Below are positions 9,262 through 17,849 of a stretch of DNA of 64,000 nt, piece by piece; position 1 is the stretch's first letter; every line of letters starts with the position of its first letter. Both the position numbers and the translations under genes were made by a program. The notes beneath the pieces were generated by a model, which worked only from the letters and a program-made list of their open reading frames with translations, ran no database searches and was not told the origin of the DNA. The DNA is from Ramlibacter sp. (GTDB lineage: Bacteria; Pseudomonadota; Gammaproteobacteria; Burkholderiales; Burkholderiaceae_C): the NCBI GenBank assembly GCA_035476755.1, contig DATILF010000333.1, forward strand, positions 992-64,991, in the 5' to 3' direction.

Positions 9262-11631
9262 ATGAATTTCTTGCAGTACGTGCTTGCCGTAGCCACGGCA
9301 ACGATGACACTGGGTGCATCCGGCACGGAGAATCGGGCGTTGCCACTCGAGATTTCGAGCCTCAGCAACCGGGCTGATCTGCTCAGCGGTGGCAATGCGT
9401 TGGTCGAGGTCCGGCTGCCGGCGAAGGCCGATCCTCGCTCGTTGAGAGTTCGACTCAACGGAAAAGATGTCACAGCCGCGTTTGTCGCTGGAGACAAAAC
9501 GCATCGGCGAGGTCTGCTGGACCAGCTTGCGATCGGCCGCAACGTCATCGTCGCTCGGGCCAAAGGAGCCAGAGCGGCAGAGCTGGTCGTCACGAATGCG
9601 CCTCGCGGCGGCCCTGTGCTGGCCGGGCCTCAAGTGACGCCCTATGTGTGCGCCACGCGGGCAGCCCGCGCCGCAACGGCCACCACGGCCGCGACAAACG
9701 CCAGCGGCTTCAGCACTGAAGCGGTGGACGCGCAATGCAATATCGCCACCGAAATGTCGTTCTTCTATCGCAGCACGCAAGCCGGTTGTTCGATGGCGAG
9801 CCCGAACCCGAGCCCGCCGGCCACCGCGCCCGCCAACGCGTGCTTCAAGCCCTACGCCGTGGGAGCTGCCGTGCCGGTTGACCTGGCAACCATCACCACG
9901 GACAAGGGACTGCAGGTGCCCTACATTGTGCGGCTCGAGCGCGGCGTGATCAATCGCGGTATCTACGAAATGGCAGTTCTGTTCGATCCCGCGAAACCGT
10001 GGAGCAGTGGCCTCGCACCGCAAAGCACCTGGAACGGCAAACTTGAATTCGTTTTCGGCGGGTCTAGCGGCCAGGCCCGCCGGCAGTTCCGGCCCGCGAG
10101 CCTGTGGAACCATGACGCGGCGCTGGCCAAGGGCTGGCTCGTCGCCACCAACAGCCTGATCGACGCTTCACGCAATTCCAATCGCGCGGTGATGACCGAT
10201 ACCGTGATGATGATGAAAGAAGATGTCATCGAACGCTACGGGCCTCTGAAGTACACGGTGGGCAACGGCTGCTCCGCCGGTTCCATGACGGCCCTGACCA
10301 TTACATCCACCTTTCCCGGCCTCCTGGACGGCCTGCTGATTTCGTGTGCCCTGAACGACCCCGAGTCGTCCAACCAGGAAAGCGTCGACTGCGGCCTGCT
10401 GGTCGAGGCCTACGACAAGCCGCGCTGGCGCGAGCTGATGGCCTCGGGCGGCTACAGCCTGGCCGATGCCAACCGCAAGAAGGCCGCCATCAACGGCCAC
10501 GCCGATCACACGGCCTGCATCGGCTGGTACAACAGCTTCGGCCCCAACAAGCTCGCGGGCAACTTTGAGACCGTTCGCGAAGTCATCCCCGCCAACAGGG
10601 AGAGCGGCGTGATCACCGAGCGCTCGCTCCCGGAGCCGACCAACCTGTGCCAGTTGCCGGTGAGCCAGGTCTTCGACCCGATCAAGAATCCGAGCGGCCT
10701 GCGCTGTTCGCAGTGGGACCATGCGGTCTCTGTCTTCGGCAGACGCACGGACGGAGCGGCCAACTCGACGCGGGACAATACCGGCGTGCAGTACGGCCTG
10801 AAGGCGCTCGTCAGCGGGACGATCAAGCCCGAAGAATTCGTCACCCTCAATGAAATCATCGGCGGTGTGAACCGAGATGGATTCAGCGTGCCGGAGCGCG
10901 CGGTGGCCGACACCTCCGCGCTGGAAACCGCATACCGCAGCGGGCTGATGCCCGACTACAAGCTGGTCGCCAGGGTACCGATTCTTGACTTTCGCGGGTA
11001 CGACGACAGCTTGACTCCACCGGTCGCGAACACTGGGCGCACCGGGCTGCATCAGATCTGGAAGAGCTTTGCCAACCGGGAGCGGCTCGTGTATGCCACC
11101 GCAACGGCGGGCAACTACGCGATGTGGCGCTACGGCATCAGCCCGAAGGGCTTCATCCCGAGCGACGCGATGGCCGATGAGGGATTTGCCGTGATGGACC
11201 AATGGCTGGCCAATCTGAGCGCCTTGAACCGCGGGACGCTCGAATCCCGAGTACTTGCCTCCCGTCCCGCCACGGCAGCGGATCACTGCCTGCTCAGTAC
11301 CGATGCAATGCAATCCACCAAGGTCGCGGATCCAGCGGCCTGTGATGCGGACCCGCTGCTGCGTCGCGGCATGTCGCCGCGCGAGGCCGCCGGCGGTCCC
11401 CTTGCGAACGACATCCTCAAGTGCCGGCTCAAGCCGGTCGCTGCCGCAGACTACGCGCCTGTTGAGCTGAGCGCCACCCAGCTCAATCGGCTGCGCGCAA
11501 GTTTCCCCGATGGCGTCTGCGACTACAACAAACCAGGTGTCGGCGCGCAGCCGTCGTGGGGAGTGACGAGCTTCGCATCGCGGCCCGGTGGCCAGCCGCT
11601 GCCCGCCGCGCCTGTGTCGACGCCGCGGTGA
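9262..11631 (+). CDS. Secreted DUF6351-like / tannase-like alpha/beta hydrolase
   Basis: RBS AAGGAG before ATG 9262; signal peptide; LSNRADLLSGGNALV N-terminus; GCSAG nucleophile motif; many Cys; C-terminal FPDGVCDY. Confidence 0.75.
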   Translation: MNFLQYVLAVATATMTLGASGTENRALPLEISSLSNRADLLSGGNALVEVRLPAKADPRSLRVRLNGKDVTAAFVAGDKTHRRGLLDQLAIGRNVIVARAKGARAAELVVTNAPRGGPVLAGPQVTPYVCATRAARAATATTAATNASGFSTEAVDAQCNIATEMSFFYRSTQAGCSMASPNPSPPATAPANACFKPYAVGAAVPVDLATITTDKGLQVPYIVRLERGVINRGIYEMAVLFDPAKPWSSGLAPQSTWNGKLEFVFGGSSGQARRQFRPASLWNHDAALAKGWLVATNSLIDASRNSNRAVMTDTVMMMKEDVIERYGPLKYTVGNGCSAGSMTALTITSTFPGLLDGLLISCALNDPESSNQESVDCGLLVEAYDKPRWRELMASGGYSLADANRKKAAINGHADHTACIGWYNSFGPNKLAGNFETVREVIPANRESGVITERSLPEPTNLCQLPVSQVFDPIKNPSGLRCSQWDHAVSVFGRRTDGAANSTRDNTGVQYGLKALVSGTIKPEEFVTLNEIIGGVNRDGFSVPERAVADTSALETAYRSGLMPDYKLVARVPILDFRGYDDSLTPPVANTGRTGLHQIWKSFANRERLVYATATAGNYAMWRYGISPKGFIPSDAMADEGFAVMDQWLANLSALNRGTLESRVLASRPATAADHCLLSTDAMQSTKVADPAACDADPLLRRGMSPREAAGGPLANDILKCRLKPVAAADYAPVELSATQLNRLRASFPDGVCDYNKPGVGAQPSWGVTSFASRPGGQPLPAAPVSTPR

Positions 11632-11637
11632 ATCCCC

Positions 11638-11670
11638 ACGCGCGCTGCGACGGGCGGCGCAGCGCAGCGT
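11638..11670 (+). terminator. GC-rich hairpin downstream of DUF6351 gene
   Basis: GCGCTGCG-N8-CGCAGCGC stem; no U-tract. Confidence 0.3.
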
Positions 11671-11688
11671 AGATGATGCAATATTGGG

Positions 11689-11914
11689 TGCCAGTTGCGC
11701 TTGGTCAAGCTGGGCAGGTCGACCCGACTCAGGTACGGCACGCAAGGCGTTGATGCTGTCCTCACCGAACAACGCGTTCCATGTGTGCACGGTCTGGCGC
11801 GCCACGCCCACGGCCAGCGCCACCTCGGCGCAGCCCTTGCCCTTTTTGCCGCATCCGCCCGGTGCGCAACCGCTTTCTCGCTGCTTTGCTCAATCGCTTT
11901 TGCACCATGCCCAT
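11689..11914 (-). mobile_element. IS630-family transposase remnant (N-terminal HTH only, frameshifted)
   Basis: MGMVQKRLSKAARKRLRTGRM, frameshift near 11840, then AEVALAVGVARQTVHTWNALFGEDSINALRAVPESGRPAQLD; no DDE domain. Confidence 0.7.
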
Positions 11915-12245
11915 ATTCTCCAGGAACAAGCCTGAAGACATAACGCACGGGGCGGGTGGCGCAATGGTCGTCATGTTTTTAGAGAGGATCAACAGTCGAC
12001 ACGGACGAATTGCGGCTTGTCGCCGCATGTCGCCGGTCACACGCACGTGTTAGGTCGTACAGGGGCGAACAAACCTAAGCGCGAAGTCCCTTGTACTCGG
12101 CCTAAGTCGCTCCAGGACTTACCGCCGGATTGGGCGCATCGTGGAGACTGGGAGCACCCGACGAGTTCTTCGGCCGGCCGCGATCGGGCGAGTTGCCGCT
12201 TGGCGCGCAAAGGCGATGGCGAGGATCAAGTCGCGCCTGGACAGG

Positions 12246-13397
12246 TCAGTGGTGCTGACGGCCTTCGGGTGCTGCAACCTGCGCGGCCGCCGACGACAGC
12301 ACAAGGCGCACCAGATCGGCCTGCCGGCTCGCTCCAGTCTTGGCCTGCACCTGCTTGAGCTGCCAGCGCACCGTTCCCACCGTCACGTGGCGCTGCTGCG
12401 CATATTGCTCCAGAGTGTGACCGGCGACGATGGCCTGGACCAGGAGCGATTCCGCGCGTGTCAGATCGAACAGGCTCATCAACGCAGGCACCGGTATGTC
12501 TGCGGTGCTCGCGCCCGTCAACAGGACCAACACCGAAGCCTTGCCGCGCGCGCAGGCATCGGTTGGCGCTAGCGGCTGTATAGCCACGTGCAAGGCTTGC
12601 TCGCCACAGGCGAGCGACAGATAGCGCCCATCGCTCAATGCGCCGGCTCCGGCCACGTCGGCGATGTCCTGGTGGAGCGATCGAGTGGCCGCCGGCGCAG
12701 GCGCCAGCAAGCTGCCTGCGTGCAGCCGCAAGGCCTGCCCCCCGTGCAGCAGGGCCTCCGCGCTGCGATTCATCCAGCCCACACGAGCATCTGCGCCGCA
12801 GACGAGCACACCGCAGCGCAGCCGGTCGAAATACTGACCCAGCCTTGCGCCGAAATCGCTAGCGTCCTGCAGGCGCCCACCAAGTTCGACGGCTTGGCCA
12901 AGATGGGGCAGCAACGCCGAAAGCCGGTGGATCTGCGCCTTGGAGAAGTCCCTCGTATCCGATGCCGCGCGATGCAAGGCCACGCCCAGGTAGCTGTCGG
13001 AGCCCAGCGGGCGCAAGGAGCCGACGAAAAGCCCTAACCCCATCTGGGCCAGCGACTCTTTCAACTGGTGCCGCTGGCTGTCTTCCCACTCGAACAGGTC
13101 CTCGTCACGGGCGATCCGGTTCAGACCGCGCAGCGCCCTCCTCGCGTCCAGGCGCGGGTTGCGCTCATCGGAAACGGCAGATTGGTGCAGCGCCTCGGCG
13201 CTGTGCGTGCGCGAATCCTGCACCGACCAGCAGGTTCGCAGTCGCACGCCGTCAGCCTTGAAGGTCTGTACCACCACTGAGTGGGCGCCAGTTTCCGCGC
13301 AGATGCCATCCAGCACGCGAGGCCAGCGCGCAGGTTCGGCCGCGCACGCGTACAGGTCGAGCAGCAGCGAATCCGAGGCCATCGCAGTCGCGGCCAT
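12246..13397 (-). CDS. LuxR-type HTH transcriptional regulator with N-terminal sensory (PAS-like) region
   Basis: C-terminal FDLTRAE...GHTLEQYAQQRHVTVGTVRWQLKQVQAKTGASRQADLVRL. Confidence 0.85.
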   Translation of the reverse strand: MAATAMASDSLLLDLYACAAEPARWPRVLDGICAETGAHSVVVQTFKADGVRLRTCWSVQDSRTHSAEALHQSAVSDERNPRLDARRALRGLNRIARDEDLFEWEDSQRHQLKESLAQMGLGLFVGSLRPLGSDSYLGVALHRAASDTRDFSKAQIHRLSALLPHLGQAVELGGRLQDASDFGARLGQYFDRLRCGVLVCGADARVGWMNRSAEALLHGGQALRLHAGSLLAPAPAATRSLHQDIADVAGAGALSDGRYLSLACGEQALHVAIQPLAPTDACARGKASVLVLLTGASTADIPVPALMSLFDLTRAESLLVQAIVAGHTLEQYAQQRHVTVGTVRWQLKQVQAKTGASRQADLVRLVLSSAAAQVAAPEGRQHH

Positions 13398-13409
13398 GGC
13401 TTGCTCCGT

Positions 13410-14405
13410 TCAGTCGAGGCTGAAGCCCGAGGCCCGGATGATGGGCTGCCACTTGCCGATTTCGGCGCTGGTGAGCTGGCTCAGCTCCTGCGGCGTCGAT
13501 GGCGTGGGTTCGAGCCCCAGGTTGCGCAGGCGCTCCTGGACATCTGGCAACGCCAATACCCCGCGGATGGATTGGTTCCACTGCTGGATCACGGCGGGGC
13601 TCGCCTTGGGAGGCACATACAGCCCGATGAAGCCCTGCCCCACCACTTCGGGGTAGCCCAGCTCTGTGAAGGTCGGCACGTCGGGCAGTTGCGGAATCCG
13701 CTTCGCTGCCGATACCGCGACGATGCGGATCCGTCCGCCGCGGTGATGCTCCATCAAGTCCCCCACGGTGCTGATGCCCGCGGAAACCTGCCCTCCCGCC
13801 AGGTTGGTGACGATCGGCGCGGTGCCCTGGAAAGGCACGTGAACCATGTCCACGCCGATCGCGCGGCCCACCACGAGGCCGAAGAAGTGCGGAGGGCTGC
13901 CCGGTGCGGGCGAGCCGAAGCTGGCACGCGCCGGGTTGGCCTTGGCCCAGCGCACGTAGTCGGCGAAAACCGCGGCCTTCGGGTCTTCGCCCACCGCAAG
14001 GGCAAAGGGAAATTGGACCAGCGTCGAGACCGGCACAAAGTCACGCGCCGGGTCGTAGGTGAGCTTCTTGAACACGATGGGTGCACTGACGGAGATGGTG
14101 TCCGGCGCGATCATGACGACGCTGCCGTCTGCGGGCGCGTTCTTGAAAGTATCCACCGCCAGCCGCCCACCGGCGCCTGGCCGGTTCTCGACCAGCACGG
14201 GACGTTTGAGGTGCGTTTGCAACTTCTCTCCGAGCAGCCGCGCAATGGTGTCCAGCGAGCCGCCCGGCGGGAAGCCGACGACTATCTTCACCGGCCCGCC
14301 CTCACCCGTTTGCGCGCGCGCCGGATTCACCCAGGCGGTGAACACCAACGCCGCACACACCAGCCACGCCGCGCGGCGATTGGACAACATGACATCCGAC
14401 GACAT
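13410..14405 (-). CDS. Bug/TctC substrate-binding protein
   Basis: IVVGFPPGGSLD, ENRPGAGG, PADG; RBS AAGGAG upstream of 14405. Confidence 0.9.
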   Translation of the reverse strand: MSSDVMLSNRRAAWLVCAALVFTAWVNPARAQTGEGGPVKIVVGFPPGGSLDTIARLLGEKLQTHLKRPVLVENRPGAGGRLAVDTFKNAPADGSVVMIAPDTISVSAPIVFKKLTYDPARDFVPVSTLVQFPFALAVGEDPKAAVFADYVRWAKANPARASFGSPAPGSPPHFFGLVVGRAIGVDMVHVPFQGTAPIVTNLAGGQVSAGISTVGDLMEHHRGGRIRIVAVSAAKRIPQLPDVPTFTELGYPEVVGQGFIGLYVPPKASPAVIQQWNQSIRGVLALPDVQERLRNLGLEPTPSTPQELSQLTSAEIGKWQPIIRASGFSLD

Positions 14406-14526
14406 GAACGCGCTCCTTCGGGAGGTAATTGGGCGAGTAGGCTTGCAGCATTCGCCGGGGCCGGCGGACGACTGCATTGAAGCGTTAAATCGTTTCTTTG
14501 TCAACAATCTTAGTTACCATCAAGCC

Positions 14527-16125
14527 ATGGCTACCTCCTTCGACTGGCGATTTCCCTATGCGGCGCAAAAGGCGCCCGTTCTGGCGCGCAACCTCGTGGC
14601 AACCTCCCAGCCGCTGGCTGCGCAAGCGGGCCTTCGCATGCTGCTCAAAGGCGGCAACGCCGTGGACGCCGCAGTGGCGGCCGCGGCCGCGCTCACCGTC
14701 GTGGAGCCGACCATGAACGGCATCGGCGGGGACCTGTACGCACTCGTGTGGGACGGCACGAAATTGCACGGGCTGAACGCGACGGGCGCATCGCCGGCCG
14801 CATGGCATGCGCAGCAGTTTCAGGACTACGACGCGATGCCGATGAAAGGCTGGGACAGTGTCACGGTGCCCGGCGGCGTGGCCGGTTGGAAAGCGCTGTC
14901 GCAACGTTTCGGCCGACTGCCCTTTGCCGACTTGTTCGAGCCCGCCGTCGCGTACGCGACCGAGGGATTTCCGGTGTCGCCTTTCATCGCGAGCGTGTGG
15001 CGGGAACTGGCCGACCTGGTGGCCGACCAGCCCGGTTTTGCGCCGGCGTTCCTCCCGCAGGGGCGGGCACCAAGGCCGGGCGAACTCTGGAGATTCCCCG
15101 AACAGGGCCGCACCCTGCAGGCCATCGCGGAATCCGGCGGCGAAGTGTTCTACCGCGGCGCGCTGGCCGAAGCCATTGTGGCTTTCTCCGCGCAAACTGG
15201 GGGCTGTATAAGCCTCGACGACTTGGCCGGGCATGAGGTCGAATGGGTCGAACCGCTGGCGCAAAGCTACCGGGACTTCGTGCTGCACGAGATCCCGCCC
15301 AACGGCCAGGGCATTGCCGCCTTGATGGCATTGGGCATCCTGGAGCATTTCGACGTGGCCGCGATGGGACTGGACAGTGCGGCTGCGTGTCATGTGCAGA
15401 TCGAAGCCACGAAGCTCGCGTTCGCCGACCTCTACGCCCACGTGAGCGATCCACGGACCATGCGTGTTCCGAGCAGCGCGCTCCTGTCGCCGACCTACCT
15501 CGCACAACGCGCGCGAACAATCGACATGGCCAGGGCCGCGGCGCCGGTTGCCGGCGCACCGGCCGAACGTGGCACCGTCTACCTGACCACCGCGGACGCC
15601 AGCGGCATGATGGTGTCGCTGATCCAGTCCAACTACTGGGCCTTCGGCTCCGGGCTGGTCGTGCCCGGCACCGGCATCTCGTTGCACAACCGCGGGGCCA
15701 ACTTCGTCCTGCAGCCGGGGCATCCGAATGAGGTGGCACCGGGTAAGAAGCCGCTGCACACCATCATCCCCGCTTTCGTCACCCGGGATGGGGCACCGGT
15801 GATGTCATTCGGGGTGATGGGTGGGGCCATGCAGGCGCAAGGCCACTTGCAGATGATGAGCCGGCTGGTGGACTTTGCACAGAACCCGCAGGCCATGAGC
15901 GACGCGCCGCGCTTCATGGTGGGGCCGCAGGACGGCTCCCTCAGCGTCGAACAGCACATGCCGCCGGCCGTCGTCGATGGCCTTCGCGAACGCGGTCATC
16001 GCCTCGAGGTATCGCCCACCGGTCACCTGAAGTTCGGTGCGGCCCAGTTGATCCACCGGCTGGAGGGTGCGGGCTATCTCGGCGCTTCGGACGGCAGGCG
16101 CGACGGGCAGGTCGTCGGCTTCTAG
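14527..16125 (+). CDS. ggt: Gamma-glutamyltransferase family protein (no signal peptide)
   Basis: ATSQPLAAQAG, GGNAVDAA, NGIGGD, PPNGQG, autocleavage Thr in GTVYL, PLHTIIP, GVMGG, GASDGRRDG. Confidence 0.92.
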   Translation: MATSFDWRFPYAAQKAPVLARNLVATSQPLAAQAGLRMLLKGGNAVDAAVAAAAALTVVEPTMNGIGGDLYALVWDGTKLHGLNATGASPAAWHAQQFQDYDAMPMKGWDSVTVPGGVAGWKALSQRFGRLPFADLFEPAVAYATEGFPVSPFIASVWRELADLVADQPGFAPAFLPQGRAPRPGELWRFPEQGRTLQAIAESGGEVFYRGALAEAIVAFSAQTGGCISLDDLAGHEVEWVEPLAQSYRDFVLHEIPPNGQGIAALMALGILEHFDVAAMGLDSAAACHVQIEATKLAFADLYAHVSDPRTMRVPSSALLSPTYLAQRARTIDMARAAAPVAGAPAERGTVYLTTADASGMMVSLIQSNYWAFGSGLVVPGTGISLHNRGANFVLQPGHPNEVAPGKKPLHTIIPAFVTRDGAPVMSFGVMGGAMQAQGHLQMMSRLVDFAQNPQAMSDAPRFMVGPQDGSLSVEQHMPPAVVDGLRERGHRLEVSPTGHLKFGAAQLIHRLEGAGYLGASDGRRDGQVVGF

Positions 16126-16131
16126 TTGAGC

Positions 16132-16199
16132 GGCGCCCCAAGCCGCGAAGGCCCCCTCGGGGGGCAGCGACCCACACGAAGTGGGGGAGCGTGGGGGCC
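16132..16199. repeat. REP-like palindromic extragenic element between convergent genes
   Basis: Two hairpins GCCCCC-TCG-GGGGGC and CCCAC-ACGAA-GTGGG followed by GAGCGTGGGGGCC; resembles an interspersed Burkholderiales repeat (recalled); single copy in window. Confidence 0.6.
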
Positions 16200-16205
16200 A
16201 GCCCT

Positions 16206-16745
16206 TCACAGCTCCAAACTGCGCTTCATCAGCTTGTCGAGGATGATGTCCAGTTGCCGGTGTTCGTGGTCGTCCAGCGCCTCGAGGTACCAGGCTTCGC
16301 GGGCGGCGGCGGCAGGCAGGATGTCGGCGCACATCTTCTCGCCCTTGGTCGTCAGCGACAGGATCAGCTTGCGGCCGTCGGCGGGATCGTCCACAGTCTC
16401 GATCATTTTCAAGTCGACCAGACGTCGATGCGCTCGTGACGCACGGGCCTTGTCCATGCTGGTGCGGTCCACCACCTCGTTGAACACCAAGTCACCGTAG
16501 GCATAGAGCGCCATCAGGATGCGCCACTCTGGGATCTGCAGGTCGAACCGCGCTTCGAACAGGCGGCCGATAGACTGGGAGACACGATTGGCCACGACGG
16601 ACAGCTTGTAGGGGATGAAGTCCTCGAGCTTGCCCATCGGTCCCAGGTTGGGGCGCTTCACGGTGACGCGCTTGGCCGCCGGGGCGCGTGGCTTCTTCTT
16701 CGCGGCAACGGTCTTCCTGGGGGCGGGGTCTCTGGCCATGCTCAT
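16206..16745 (-). CDS. MarR family transcriptional regulator
   Basis: FIPYKLSVVANRVS, IPEWRIL, MDKARASRA, DPADGRKLILSLT. Confidence 0.9.
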   Translation of the reverse strand: MSMARDPAPRKTVAAKKKPRAPAAKRVTVKRPNLGPMGKLEDFIPYKLSVVANRVSQSIGRLFEARFDLQIPEWRILMALYAYGDLVFNEVVDRTSMDKARASRAHRRLVDLKMIETVDDPADGRKLILSLTTKGEKMCADILPAAAAREAWYLEALDDHEHRQLDIILDKLMKRSLEL

Positions 16746-16801
16746 GATCGAACGATGCTAACAGGACAAGCCTGGTCCGCGCGCCTCAGTCTTTGATCGC
16801 T

Positions 16802-16847
16802 CCCCTCCCAAATGAGGGGTGAAACGAAAGCTCGCCTTCCCTACGAT
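16802..16847 (+). promoter_or_regulatory. Palindromic operator plus putative -10 for the channel/amidohydrolase operon
   Basis: CCCCTC-CCAAAT-GAGGGG at 16802-16819; TACGAT at 16842-16847. Confidence 0.5.
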
Positions 16848-16879
16848 GAGTCCACTTCAAAGACCACGAGGAGAGAGAG

Positions 16880-17821
16880 ATGACCCCCACGTTCAAATAC
16901 CGCCGGCTTTCGGGCCACGCCTTCGCGCTGTCCCTGCTGGCCGCCGCTGCCGCACCGGCGCACGCCGTCGAGAACGGTGCCCCGATCACGCCCTTCGGCG
17001 TGTTCGACTTCGGCGCCGGCCAGTTGCCGCCTCCTTCCGAGATCGCCACCGTGGGAGTGCGGGCGGCAGTCTATCGTGCCAGCGAGCTGCGCGACAACGC
17101 GGGCAACGTATCGCCGGTGGGAGCGAAGGTCAGAGTCGACAGCGTCGGCGCAGCCATCATCAAGATGACCGACCACAGCTTCATGGGCGGCAAGTACGGT
17201 TGGGGCGCCGTGATCCCGGTGCTCAACATGGGCCTGGATCTGGCCATCCCCACCCCGGTCGGCACCGTCAACGTGTCCGGCCGCAACACGGCCGTCGGCG
17301 ACATCCAGCTCATTCCGCTGATGGTGCAATGGACGCCCTCCCCTGGCCTCTTCACCAACGCGAGCCTGCAGCTGCAACTGCCCACGGGCTCCTACGACAA
17401 GAGCCGTGCGATCAACGCCGGAACCAACCACTGGACGGTGGTGCCGACCTACGCGTTCACCTACATCACTTCGGGCGGCTTCGAGGTCTCCTCGAACTTC
17501 CAGCTCAATTTCAACGGCCGCAACAAGGACACGGACTACCGCTCGGGCGTCGAATACCAGCACGAGTTCGCGCTGGGCCAGCACCGGGGCCCGTGGACCT
17601 TCGGGCTGGGCGGCTACTACTACCAGCAGCTGACCGACGACAAGGCACCCGGCCTGCCGAACGGCAACCGCTCGCGCGTCGCGGCACTGGGGCCTGTGGT
17701 CAGCTTCTTCGAACTCGGTTCGGGCCTGCCTCTGGTGTGGGTCCACGCGTACAAGGAATTCGGCGCCCGCAACCGCAGCCAGGGCTCGCAGCTCACGGTC
17801 CGGGCCGCCTGGACGTTCTGA
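16880..17821 (+). CDS. SphA/COG4313 (MetA-pathway of phenol degradation) outer-membrane channel
   Basis: Signal peptide AHA-VENG; PTGSYD, GYYYQQLTDD, LGP; terminal Phe; RBS GAGGAG. Confidence 0.85.
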   Translation: MTPTFKYRRLSGHAFALSLLAAAAAPAHAVENGAPITPFGVFDFGAGQLPPPSEIATVGVRAAVYRASELRDNAGNVSPVGAKVRVDSVGAAIIKMTDHSFMGGKYGWGAVIPVLNMGLDLAIPTPVGTVNVSGRNTAVGDIQLIPLMVQWTPSPGLFTNASLQLQLPTGSYDKSRAINAGTNHWTVVPTYAFTYITSGGFEVSSNFQLNFNGRNKDTDYRSGVEYQHEFALGQHRGPWTFGLGGYYYQQLTDDKAPGLPNGNRSRVAALGPVVSFFELGSGLPLVWVHAYKEFGARNRSQGSQLTVRAAWTF

Positions 17822-17849
17822 CCCGATCGCGAACGAGGAGCAAGCACCC

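Noticed and set aside
10168-11823. 551-aa minus-strand ORF
   Set aside because: Antisense shadow of the DUF6351 gene; only its first ~45 residues are meaningful (IS630 fragment)
12141-12245. Possible second RidA remnant (TRRVL) next to the LuxR-type gene end
   Set aside because: Match too short to distinguish from chance
14059-14526. Long N-terminal extension of the ggt ORF (688 aa)
   Set aside because: Overlaps the divergent Bug gene; family similarity starts at ATG 14527
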